64,000 bases of DNA from an uncultured Clostridia bacterium (lineage in GTDB: Bacteria > Bacillota > Clostridia > Christensenellales > Borkfalkiaceae), in the NCBI GenBank assembly GCA_934249215.1, contig CAKQKN010000106.1, forward strand, positions 1,662 through 65,661, in the 5' to 3' direction. Below the pieces are notes generated by a model. The model worked only from the letters and a program-made list of their open reading frames with translations. It had not been told where the DNA came from and ran no database searches. Of this stretch, positions 47,592 to 56,213 are shown one piece after another. Every line of letters begins with the position of its first letter. Position 1 is the first letter of the stretch. The position numbers and the translations under genes are program-made.

Positions 47592-47843
47592 ATGGATTTC
47601 AGAGAGGAAATAGCGCGTTTCACGCCGACGGCGAACTCGTTTTCCGTCGAATTCGGAAGTCGTTTCGGCTACGTGCGCGGCGTTTTGAAAATATTGTCTT
47701 TCGATAAAAACAATCTCGTGTTTCTCGTGGAAAAACGAAAAATCGTCGTCCTTCGCGGCGAGAATTTGTCCGTTTCGGGCTACGTAAACGGCGACGTGCG
47801 TATCGGCGGTATAATTTACGGTGCGGAGATACAGAATTTATGA
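47592..47843 (+). CDS. yqfC: sporulation protein YqfC (YabP/YqfC family)
   Basis: 83 aa starting from the ATG at 47592. Its size, its ATGA overlap with the yqfD-like gene and its position upstream of phoH match the B. subtilis yqfC-yqfD-phoH order. Confidence 0.7.
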   Translation: MDFREEIARFTPTANSFSVEFGSRFGYVRGVLKILSFDKNNLVFLVEKRKIVVLRGENLSVSGYVNGDVRIGGIIYGAEIQNL

Positions 47844-48748
47844 AGCTTCTGACTTTCACGTATATTGCCACCGGCTACAATCGCGCGGTGATCGTCAACC
47901 GCATGCGCGCCTCGGGCGTCGACGTGCTGAAAATGCTGATAATAGACGAAAAACGCACGGAAATCACCATATCCGCCAAAGATCGCGCAAAATATTTTGC
48001 AATTTGCAAAAACATATGGTATAATAAACTAATAAGAACGGGCGGTTTGCTTGCTTGTTTATACTCGATCGGCAAAGCCCCTTTTCTCGTCGTCGGCGCG
48101 CTCGCGTTTCTCGCCGTCGTCCTTTTCGGCGGCAATCTGTATATGGGCAGCGACTATCTCGGCGACTCTGCGCTCTACCGCGCGGAGATTGAGGAAACGT
48201 TTGAAGAAGTCGGCATAAAAGAGTATCGCCTTTTTAACGAAAAGCAACTGAAAACCGCGCAGGAAACGCTCGGAAAAAAACTCGACGCCGTCTTTTTCAA
48301 AATCGAAAAGTCGGGCAATAGGGCGATTATCACGGCATATTCGGCAATCGCGACCCCGAACAGAATGGAAAGTACGGACAAAGATCTCGTCGCGAGCGGA
48401 AGTTTTCGGATTTTAAAACTTACGGCATACGGCGGCACGCCCGAGGTAAAAGAGGGCGACGAAGTAACCGCGGGGCAGACGATAATCGGCGCTTACGAAG
48501 TTTTGAAGGACGGCTCGATAAGACCGTGCAAAATCGTTGCGTGCGTGTCCGCGGAATTCAAGTTCGAATATCGGTACACTTGTTCATACGAACCGTCGGA
48601 CGGCGATAAAGAACGGACTAAGGCGGTTGCAAAATTTCTTCTCGGCGACGAAAGCGTCACGCGTGAAGATGTTTATGGGGACGGCAACGAAATCGTTGCC
48701 GTGATATATTACGAAAAAATAATTTTCGGGGAAAGATTCGGAGGTTGA
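47840..48748 (+). CDS. yqfD: sporulation protein YqfD (stage IV)
   Basis: 302 aa with one central TM (APFLVVGALAFLAVVLFGG). Synteny supports the call. Confidence 0.65.
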   Translation: MKLLTFTYIATGYNRAVIVNRMRASGVDVLKMLIIDEKRTEITISAKDRAKYFAICKNIWYNKLIRTGGLLACLYSIGKAPFLVVGALAFLAVVLFGGNLYMGSDYLGDSALYRAEIEETFEEVGIKEYRLFNEKQLKTAQETLGKKLDAVFFKIEKSGNRAIITAYSAIATPNRMESTDKDLVASGSFRILKLTAYGGTPEVKEGDEVTAGQTIIGAYEVLKDGSIRPCKIVACVSAEFKFEYRYTCSYEPSDGDKERTKAVAKFLLGDESVTREDVYGDGNEIVAVIYYEKIIFGERFGG

Positions 48749-48753
48749 TTCTA

Positions 48754-49728
48754 TTGAACGATTGCATTCGTAAAATCGTAATATCGGAACTCGGCGAATT
48801 ATCGGCGCTCGTCGGCGTATTCGACGAAAATCTCGGCGTACTCGAAAAGGAAACCGGGGCGGAAATAAGCGTATTCGGCGGCGAAATAACGGTTTCGGGC
48901 GACAGCGCGAATGTCGAACTTTGCGCCACTGTGATAAACAAACTTCTCGACATCGTAAGAAGTAACGAGGTTGTCGACAAAAGCAGAATTTTATATTGTA
49001 TCGAACTCGCGCGCGAGGGCAACGTCGGTGACGTCGAAAAAGTCATAAGCGGTGTTCTTGCCGTCACTGCAAACGGAAAACAGATAAAATACAAAACGCT
49101 CGGGCAGAAAAAGTACGTCGACGCGATAAGAAAATCGCAGATAACTTTCGCTGTCGGTCCCGCGGGCACGGGCAAAACCTACCTTGCCGTGGCGATGGCT
49201 GTTTCCGCTTATAAAAACAAGGAAATCGAGAAAATCATACTAACTCGTCCCGCAGTCGAAGCGGGTGAACGGCTGGGCTTTTTGCCGGGTGATCTTCAGT
49301 CGAAAGTCGATCCCTACCTTCGTCCGCTTTATGACGCGCTTCAGGAAATGTTCGGCGCCGAAACTTACGTAAAACTTATGGAACGCGGCTCTATCGAGGT
49401 TGCTCCGCTTGCATACATGCGAGGCAGGACGCTGTCCGACGCGTTCATCATTCTCGACGAAGCGCAAAACACGACGAAAGAGCAGATGAAAATGTTCTTA
49501 ACCCGTATGGGCGAGGGCAGTCGGATGGTAATCACGGGCGACGTAACTCAGATCGATCTTCCGGACGGAAAGACGAGCGGGCTCAAGCACGCCGTGAAAA
49601 TACTTAAAAACGTCGACGGAATCGCGACCGTCGAACTGTCGCATAAGGACGTCGTTCGTCATCCGCTGGTAATGCGCATAATAAAGGCGTACACGAACGA
49701 CGAAACTAAAAAGGACACGAAAAAATAA
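48754..49728 (+). CDS. phoH: PhoH family ATPase
   Basis: Walker A GPAGTGKTYLAVA and ILDEAQN. The TTG at 48754 (9 nt after GGAGG) is preferred over the TTG at 48745. Confidence 0.9.
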   Translation: MNDCIRKIVISELGELSALVGVFDENLGVLEKETGAEISVFGGEITVSGDSANVELCATVINKLLDIVRSNEVVDKSRILYCIELAREGNVGDVEKVISGVLAVTANGKQIKYKTLGQKKYVDAIRKSQITFAVGPAGTGKTYLAVAMAVSAYKNKEIEKIILTRPAVEAGERLGFLPGDLQSKVDPYLRPLYDALQEMFGAETYVKLMERGSIEVAPLAYMRGRTLSDAFIILDEAQNTTKEQMKMFLTRMGEGSRMVITGDVTQIDLPDGKTSGLKHAVKILKNVDGIATVELSHKDVVRHPLVMRIIKAYTNDETKKDTKK

Positions 49729-49831
49729 CGCGTTTTTGCGGCGAATTGCTCACAATCGTCCGCACGCTTAAAAAAATGAAAACGAAGTATCGGGGATAAA
49801 ACGGAATCCCTTTTAAACGGAGAGGTTTACG

Positions 49832-51412
49832 ATGGAATACAAACCTGACGGAAATATCGGTGAAGAAATGACCGGTATCGACGACGTTACGAAAGACGTC
49901 GGAAAGGAACGCGAAAAGAAAAAAGAAAAAGAAGAATGGCTTAAACGCAGAAAAAGTCCGATAGTAAAGGGCTGGACCGGGCGCGACTACGCCCGCACGA
50001 TAACGCAGTTCGTTTTTCACGCGCTTTTGTTCATAGTGCTTTACGGGCTCGCCGTATTCGTCTGCGAAAACGGGGTGGCGGGCTTCGTGAATTATTTCTC
50101 GAACGCCGTCAAACTCCGCAATTTCATTTACGTCGCTCTTTCGATATTTTTCATCTTCGGCACGCTGTATTTGTTTTTCTTTTTCGAAGAAAACGAATTC
50201 TTAAAATTACCGAAAAACGGCATAATGCTCTTTTCGGTCACGGGAATGGCTCTCATAATCTGCTTCATCATCGGCAAATATTTCAATGAATACGCTAGGC
50301 CGACGGCGTTCTGCGGTCTTATGATATTGCTTCTTGTCAATCGCAAATCGGCGATCATCATGAACTTTATCTTCTGTCTGCTGCTTTTCCTGCTCGACGG
50401 CGTGACGACGGGCTACGCTTCGGGTTATTCGTCGGTCATGATAGGGCTGACGACGGGAATCCTCGCGATCTATCTCGTATCGTACGTGTCGTCGCGAATT
50501 AAAGTGTTCTTTATGGGCTTCGTGATTTCCGTACCCATAATCGTCTGCATCTGGTTTCTCGAACTCAAGGGCGCGTCCAACATATTGCTTCTCGCGGGCT
50601 TCGGTTTCACTTCGGGAATGTCGTCGATAATACTTATGATGGCGATTCTTCCGTTCTACGAAAAGATATTCAACATCGTGACCAACTATAGGCTCGTCGA
50701 AATCACCGACCACAAGTTCCCGCCCATAAAGCGGCTTATCGAGGAAGCGAACGGCACGTTCAACCACTCGCTCACCGTTTCGACGCTTGCCGAATCCTGC
50801 GCCACCGCGATCGGCGAAAACGCATTGCTTGCCCGTGCCGCGGCATATTACCACGACATCGGCAAACTCAAACAGCCGGAATATTTTTCCGAAAACCAGA
50901 AAGATTTCAACCCGCACAGCGAACTATCTCCCGAGCTTTCGACCGATATCATTCGTTCCCACGCTCACGACGGCGCAATGTATATAACGAAATACCATCT
51001 GCCGAAGATCCTTGCCGACGTCGCCGAACAGCACCACGGCACCCTTCTCATAAGGTATTTTTACTCGGAAGCGTCCAAATACACCGAAGAAAAACTCCGC
51101 GAAAAGGATTTTTCCTATCCCGGGCCCATTCCGCAGACGAAAGTCGCCGCGATAATCATGATCTGCGACGGTTGCGAAGCCGCCGTAAGATCGCTTTCCG
51201 ATCGCTCGCGTCAGAACGTTGCGAAAATGGTTCAGTCGATAATCGACGAAAGACTCATCAGATTCCGTCAGTTCGACGACTGCGACATCACCATCCGCGA
51301 ACTCGACATAATCCGCGACACGATAACGCAATGCCTCGGCGGCGTTTACCACGACAGGGTAAAATACCCCGAACTCAAAAAAGACGTCGGCGTCGGCAAA
51401 ATAGACAAATAA
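49832..51412 (+). CDS. pgpH: 7TM-HD family phosphohydrolase (PgpH/YqfF-like)
   Basis: 526 aa. Seven TM helices, then an HD domain (HSLTVS..., YYHDIGKLKQPEYF). Confidence 0.8.
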   Translation: MEYKPDGNIGEEMTGIDDVTKDVGKEREKKKEKEEWLKRRKSPIVKGWTGRDYARTITQFVFHALLFIVLYGLAVFVCENGVAGFVNYFSNAVKLRNFIYVALSIFFIFGTLYLFFFFEENEFLKLPKNGIMLFSVTGMALIICFIIGKYFNEYARPTAFCGLMILLLVNRKSAIIMNFIFCLLLFLLDGVTTGYASGYSSVMIGLTTGILAIYLVSYVSSRIKVFFMGFVISVPIIVCIWFLELKGASNILLLAGFGFTSGMSSIILMMAILPFYEKIFNIVTNYRLVEITDHKFPPIKRLIEEANGTFNHSLTVSTLAESCATAIGENALLARAAAYYHDIGKLKQPEYFSENQKDFNPHSELSPELSTDIIRSHAHDGAMYITKYHLPKILADVAEQHHGTLLIRYFYSEASKYTEEKLREKDFSYPGPIPQTKVAAIIMICDGCEAAVRSLSDRSRQNVAKMVQSIIDERLIRFRQFDDCDITIRELDIIRDTITQCLGGVYHDRVKYPELKKDVGVGKIDK

Positions 51413-51425
51413 GCGGAGAAAAACT

Positions 51426-51899
51426 ATGGGCGAATTGATAATATGTTGCGATAATCAACTTATAGACGCGGATATGCTTGGCAAAGCGGTCTGCCGCACG
51501 CTTAAGCAAACCGTTCGTCTTTCGGCTGAAATCTGCTTTTGCTCGAAAGAAGAAATCAAAAAACTCAACGCCGAAACGCGCAAGGTTGACTCCGTTACCG
51601 ACGTTTTGTCCTACCCCGCCGCGGGTGTCACCGCCGGCGAAATCGTAAAAAGGCGCAACTATCCGTTCGATATCGATCCCGAAACCAACTCGGTTTTTCT
51701 CGGCTCGATAATGATCTGCACCGACCGAGCGAAAGAGCAGGCGGAGGAATTCGGTCACTCGTTTGAGCGCGAAATTTATTATCTCGCCGTCCACGGACTT
51801 CTTCATCTTTTCGGCTACGACCATATGGAAGAAGCGGACAAAGCGGAAATGCGCGAAAAAGAGGAAGAAATTCTCACCGTTCTCGACAAAACGAGATAA
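51426..51899 (+). CDS. ybeY: rRNA maturation endoribonuclease YbeY
   Basis: 157 aa with the HGLLHLFGYDH zinc motif. Confidence 0.92.
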   Translation: MGELIICCDNQLIDADMLGKAVCRTLKQTVRLSAEICFCSKEEIKKLNAETRKVDSVTDVLSYPAAGVTAGEIVKRRNYPFDIDPETNSVFLGSIMICTDRAKEQAEEFGHSFEREIYYLAVHGLLHLFGYDHMEEADKAEMREKEEEILTVLDKTR

Positions 51900-51920
51900 A
51901 CGACAAGAAAGAGGTATCAC

Positions 51921-52826
51921 ATGAGAAGCGGAACGGTCGCCGTCGTCGGGAGAGCCAACGCCGGCAAATCGACTTTAATAAACGTAATAGTCGGCGAAAA
52001 AGTAAGCATAGTGTCGCCCAAGCCGCAGACCACCCGCGACAGGATTCTCGCGGTATACAATTCAAATGACTGCCAGATAGTCTTTCAGGACACCCCCGGC
52101 ATCTATAAAGCGTCGTCGCTTCTGAACGAACGCATGCAAAAAACCGCCGTCAGAACGGCTGACGACGTAGATCTCATTCTTATGCTCGTCGACTCTCACG
52201 ACGGGCTCAAAAGTGAAGATAAGGAACTTATAGACCGCTTTGTCGCAAGAAGCAGCGCCCCGATAATCATCGCGCTCACGAAACTCGACATAACGGGCGA
52301 GGGCATAATTCCCGAAACCGTCGCCGCGATCGGCGAACTCCCGCAGGACAAAGTCGTCTGCGTCACCGCGATCTCTTCGCGCACGGGCAAAAACGTCAAA
52401 AAACTCATCGGGATAATCAAAGAAAATCTGCCCGAGGGCGATCCGATCATCTCCGAGGACATAATTTCCGACAAGAGCGAAAAGTTCATGATCGCCGAGA
52501 TCATGCGCGAAAAAATCCTTTTGAAATACGACAAGGAGATTCCCCACGGCGTCGCGATCGTCGTAAACACTTTCGAACGCAGGGAAAGCGGCAGTTACTA
52601 CGTCAATCTCGATATCGTTTGCGAAAAGCCCAACCACAAGGCGATAATAATCGGCAAGCAGGGCAAAGCGCTTAAGGAAACGGCGGCTTTCGCCCGCGCG
52701 GGTATGGAAAAATTCCTCGGCGCGAAAGTCTTTCTTGAAGTCTACGTGAAAGTAAAAACCGACTGGCGCAATCGTCCCGACCGCCTGCACGAATACGGCT
52801 ACGACGGCGACGACGGCATAATCTGA
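51921..52826 (+). CDS. era: GTPase Era
   Basis: 301 aa. G1 GRANAGKST, G3 DTPG, G4 TKLD, and a C-terminal KH domain. Confidence 0.95.
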   Translation: MRSGTVAVVGRANAGKSTLINVIVGEKVSIVSPKPQTTRDRILAVYNSNDCQIVFQDTPGIYKASSLLNERMQKTAVRTADDVDLILMLVDSHDGLKSEDKELIDRFVARSSAPIIIALTKLDITGEGIIPETVAAIGELPQDKVVCVTAISSRTGKNVKKLIGIIKENLPEGDPIISEDIISDKSEKFMIAEIMREKILLKYDKEIPHGVAIVVNTFERRESGSYYVNLDIVCEKPNHKAIIIGKQGKALKETAAFARAGMEKFLGAKVFLEVYVKVKTDWRNRPDRLHEYGYDGDDGII

Positions 52827-52878
52827 CGAGCGCTTTTTCGGCGTTTAAAAATTCGGATGCACTCTTGCGCATATCGGC

Positions 52879-52914
52879 AAAAATCGACCTATATATCGAT
52901 TATCGCCACTTTTG
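52879..52914 (+). repeat. dispersed REP-like element (copy J, variant CTATATATCGATTATC)
   Basis: aaaaaTCGACCTATATATCGATTATCGCCACTTTTG, 53 nt after the era stop. Confidence 0.75.
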
Positions 52915-52995
52915 TGCTTAATAATAACGAATAAATCTCGTTCGTAATTTTCGTTTTCGGCGAATAAAAAACGCAGTTTTGAGCATCATACGACT

Positions 52996-53124
52996 ATGAG
53001 CAAAAAACCGAAAAAGCCCGAAGACGCAGCATGGGAAATATTTGAAAAAACGGGCAATCCCGCTTACTATTCGCTATATAAAAAACTTAAAAACCCCGTC
53101 GGACAAGGCAACGATTTAAAATAA
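52996..53124 (+). CDS. YqzL-like small protein
   Basis: 42 aa and not in the supplied ORF track. AAWEIFEKTGNPAYYSLYKKLK matches the YqzL pattern (W.(V/I)F..TGN...Y.L.K.L). It lies between era and recO, as in B. subtilis. Confidence 0.65.
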   Translation: MSKKPKKPEDAAWEIFEKTGNPAYYSLYKKLKNPVGQGNDLK

Positions 53125-53153
53125 GTCGGCGGGTAAGACACAAGGAGCGCACG

Positions 53154-53876
53154 ATGGAAATCAAGGTCAACGCTTTGGCGCTTAAATGCGTGGATTATCG
53201 CGACAACGACAAGATGGTTACGCTTTATTCGCTCGAACGCGGACTTATCGGCGTATGCGTGCGCGGCGTGAAAAAGGCAGGTGCAAAACTCGGTTTTTGC
53301 GCGCAGCCTTTTTGTTTTGCCGAATACGTGATAAACGAAAGCGGCGACCGCATGACTGTCACGGGCGCCACCGAGATAGAGAGTTTTTACAAAATACGGC
53401 TCGATCTCCACGCGTTTTATGCGGGCGCGTGCATTCTTGAGTTTCTGCTCAAATTCACCCGCGACGAAGAGCCGGACAAGCGCACTTTCGTCCTTGCCGT
53501 CGAAAGTCTTAAAAGATTAAATTTCGGCGACGGGCTTCCCGAGCGCGTCCTTGCCGATTTTCTTTTCAAAGAAACCGAAATTTCGGGCTACGCGATCGGT
53601 TCGGGGGCTTGCGCATGTTGCGGAAAAGCCGCTTCCGACTTCGAAAAGTGTTATTTCGATTCCGACGACGGCGTCGTCGTGTGCGAGGACTGTTTTTCGG
53701 ACGGAATGCGCGAAATTATGCCTTGCACCGCAATCGCCCTTTCCGCCGTGTCCGAAGGTAAAGATTTCTGCGATAAATCTGCGCTTAAATACCTTCTCAA
53801 GTTTTTCAATTACTATTATCGTCTTAAAACGGGCGAATACGTCTATTCGATCGACGAGCTCGTTTCGCTCCCGTAA
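53154..53876 (+). CDS. recO: DNA repair protein RecO
   Basis: 240 aa. An N-terminal OB-fold region and the zinc finger CACCGK...CEDC. Position after era. Confidence 0.88.
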   Translation: MEIKVNALALKCVDYRDNDKMVTLYSLERGLIGVCVRGVKKAGAKLGFCAQPFCFAEYVINESGDRMTVTGATEIESFYKIRLDLHAFYAGACILEFLLKFTRDEEPDKRTFVLAVESLKRLNFGDGLPERVLADFLFKETEISGYAIGSGACACCGKAASDFEKCYFDSDDGVVVCEDCFSDGMREIMPCTAIALSAVSEGKDFCDKSALKYLLKFFNYYYRLKTGEYVYSIDELVSLP

Positions 53877-53906
53877 CGCACACCCCGCCCGCCGATGGAC
53901 GAAATA

Positions 53907-53930
53907 CCTGATAATCGACTTATAGACCCG
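53907..53930 (-). repeat. dispersed REP-like element (copy K)
   Basis: The + strand reads CCTGATAATCGACTTATAGACCCG, 31 nt after the recO stop. Confidence 0.8.
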
Positions 53931-53943
53931 TATATAACGAAAG

Positions 53944-53969
53944 AACGTCGCGGTAAACCGCGACGTTTT
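53944..53969. terminator. bidirectional terminator hairpin
   Basis: AACGTCGCGG-taaa-CCGCGACGTT with T-rich flanks on both strands, between the convergent recO and the Cys-rich peptide gene. Confidence 0.7.
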
Positions 53970-53987
53970 GTATGTACTTCGAATCGA

Positions 53988-54206
53988 TTATTTGCAACCG
54001 CAACCGGGGAACTTGGGTTCTCTCGGACCTTTATCGCCGCAACCGCCGCAGCATAAAAGAACGAGTAGTATGGGGAGGAGGGCTCCGCAGCCGCAGATTT
54101 TGTCCAGAAGATTGCTTATGCAGCCGCAACCGCCGCAGCAAAGGAAAACGATAATAAGCAGCCAGAGATAGCAGTTATTGTCGAGCATTCCGAAACAGTT
54201 CGTCAT
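53988..54206 (-). CDS. small hydrophobic Cys/Gly-rich peptide (CCGGCG repeats)
   Basis: 72 aa with an AAGGAG RBS 8 nt upstream of the ATG. Two units of hydrophobic helix plus CCGGCG, and the C-terminus PGCGCK. Confidence 0.65.
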   Translation of the reverse strand: MTNCFGMLDNNCYLWLLIIVFLCCGGCGCISNLLDKICGCGALLPILLVLLCCGGCGDKGPREPKFPGCGCK

Positions 54207-54310
54207 AATATTTTCTCCTTATGTTTTCGGCTTTTTATCGCCGTCATTACATATTACGCCGTGCCGCCCGATTGTGTTACACGCCGAAATCGATTATGCA
54301 AAAAAAACGT

Positions 54311-54339
54311 TTGCATTTGTTTGCGGGTTATAATATAAT
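54311..54339 (+). promoter_or_regulatory. sigma-70-like promoter
   Basis: TTGCAT, a 17-nt spacer, TATAAT. A leader of ~160 nt follows before the ATG at 54502. Confidence 0.6.
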
Positions 54340-54501
54340 ATAAGACGGCGTTCACGAAAAAACGGAACGACCGAAAATAATTTTTTATTGTTCGACGGGT
54401 ATCCCGAACGGCGTATCGTTTTAAGGCTTCACGGCAGTATCGTATTCATTGCGATCGAAAACGGAAAACGAAACGGCGAGGGAATCCGAACGGAGGTTAC
54501 T

Positions 54502-55221
54502 ATGCAAAACGTAAAAAAAGGTCTTTTTTCGGCAAAAAACGTTGCCATGCTCGCGGTTCTGACCGCATTCGTCGTTCTGCTTCAGGCAGGGCTCGGCTCG
54601 ATCAAAATCGGTCCGACGGAATTTTCTTTCGTCCTGATACCGATCGTTCTCGGCTCGTGCATGCTCGGTCCGCTTTTCGGCGGCTTTCTCGGCTTCGTTT
54701 TTTCTTTGATAGTTTTTCTGACGGGCGTAACGGGCGCAAACGCATTCACGTACATTATGTTCACGGCGAATCCTTTTGCGACGACGCTCATAATTTTTCT
54801 GAAAGGCATTCTTGCGGGCGTCGTTCCCGGTCTGCTATATAACGCGATCTCGAAGAAAAACGAGAAAGCGGGCATAGTCGTCGCCGCGCTTTCCGCGCCC
54901 GTGGTAAACACTTCGATCTTCATACTTCTGACGCTCGTTTTCGGCTCGTCTTTTTCCGCCGCGTTCATCAAACAAGGTTTCATCGAAAACGGCGCCGCGT
55001 TTATGAACTTTCTGTTCATCGGCTGCGCGGGCATAAACTTCATCGCGGAGTTTGCCGTAAACGCGGTCGCGACCCCGATTCTTTTCACCGTAATGAAAGT
55101 CGTCGGCAAAAAAGTTTCGACCGTCAAACCCGACCCGAACGCAGACGATTCCGAAAAATCCGAAAAATCCGAGAAATCCGAGAAATCCGACGACGCGTCG
55201 GAGCCGGTCAATCGTGACTAA
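54502..55221 (+). CDS. ECF-transporter S-component-like membrane protein (possibly pantothenate-specific, given its context)
   Basis: 239 aa starting from the ATG at 54502 (GGAGG RBS). About 6 TM helices, the LIPIVLGSCMLGPLFGG pattern, and a C-terminal (SEK)4 repeat. The next gene is coaX. Confidence 0.55.
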   Translation: MQNVKKGLFSAKNVAMLAVLTAFVVLLQAGLGSIKIGPTEFSFVLIPIVLGSCMLGPLFGGFLGFVFSLIVFLTGVTGANAFTYIMFTANPFATTLIIFLKGILAGVVPGLLYNAISKKNEKAGIVVAALSAPVVNTSIFILLTLVFGSSFSAAFIKQGFIENGAAFMNFLFIGCAGINFIAEFAVNAVATPILFTVMKVVGKKVSTVKPDPNADDSEKSEKSEKSEKSDDASEPVNRD

Positions 55222-55289
55222 ATTCCGACAGATAAGATTTTCAACCGATACGAACTGAAATATATACGAACCAAAAAGAGGAAAAGCAA

Positions 55290-56078
55290 ATGATTTTGTG
55301 TATAGACATAGGCAACACGAACATAAAATACGGCGTATTCGACGGCAAAAAACTGGTCGCTTCGTTCAGGGTTGCGTCCAAGCGCAGTTCGACCGCCGAC
55401 GAATACGGCGTGATAGTCCGCGATCTTCTCGAGTCCGCTTCCATAAAACGCTCGTCGATAAGCGGAATCATAATGTCGTCGGTAATCCCGCAGCTCAACT
55501 ACACGATGGAGCATATGTGCGAATATTATTTCAACAAAAAACCGCTCGTCGTCGGTCCCGGCATAAAAACGGGAATGAATATCAGGGTTGACAGTCCGAA
55601 AGAGGTCGGAGCCGACAGAATAGTCAATTCCGTCGCGGCTTACAAACTTTACGGCGGCGAAAAACCGCTCATCTGCATCGACTTCGGAACGGCGACCACT
55701 TTCAACGTAATCTCTGCGAGCGGCGAACTGATCGGCGGCGTCATCGCCCCGGGCATAAAAGGCTCGCTCGACTCGCTCGTCAACGGCACTGCGAAACTCC
55801 CCAACATAGAACTCGAACTCCCCGGCAAGGTCATCTGCAAGGACACCGTAACGAACATGCAAGCGGGGCTTCTTTACGGGTTTGCGGGGCTCGTCGACGG
55901 AATAGTTTCGCGGATGAAACGCGAACTCGGCGTAGCGGACGACGGCTGTATGGTCGTCGCGACGGGCGGGCTCGGCTCGATAATCGCCGAAGAATCGTGC
56001 ATCGACGTAACCGACAGAACGCTCACCCTCGTCGGGCTTCGTATGATTTACGAAATGAACGCTTCGCCGCGCGCATAA
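55290..56078 (+). CDS. coaX: type III pantothenate kinase
   Basis: 262 aa. IDIGNTNIKYGVFDG, GADR, IDFGTATT. Confidence 0.92.
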   Translation: MILCIDIGNTNIKYGVFDGKKLVASFRVASKRSSTADEYGVIVRDLLESASIKRSSISGIIMSSVIPQLNYTMEHMCEYYFNKKPLVVGPGIKTGMNIRVDSPKEVGADRIVNSVAAYKLYGGEKPLICIDFGTATTFNVISASGELIGGVIAPGIKGSLDSLVNGTAKLPNIELELPGKVICKDTVTNMQAGLLYGFAGLVDGIVSRMKRELGVADDGCMVVATGGLGSIIAEESCIDVTDRTLTLVGLRMIYEMNASPRA

Positions 56079-56213
56079 GCGGCGCAACGCATGATAGCGC
56101 GCATAAATTGCGCATAAACGAAAACGAACTCGTCCGCGCAGTCGTTTTATTTTCCGTGCGCAAAATCGCCGCGCGGAAAAAAGTTCTCTGAAAGATGGTA
56201 AAGAAGGTAAAAC

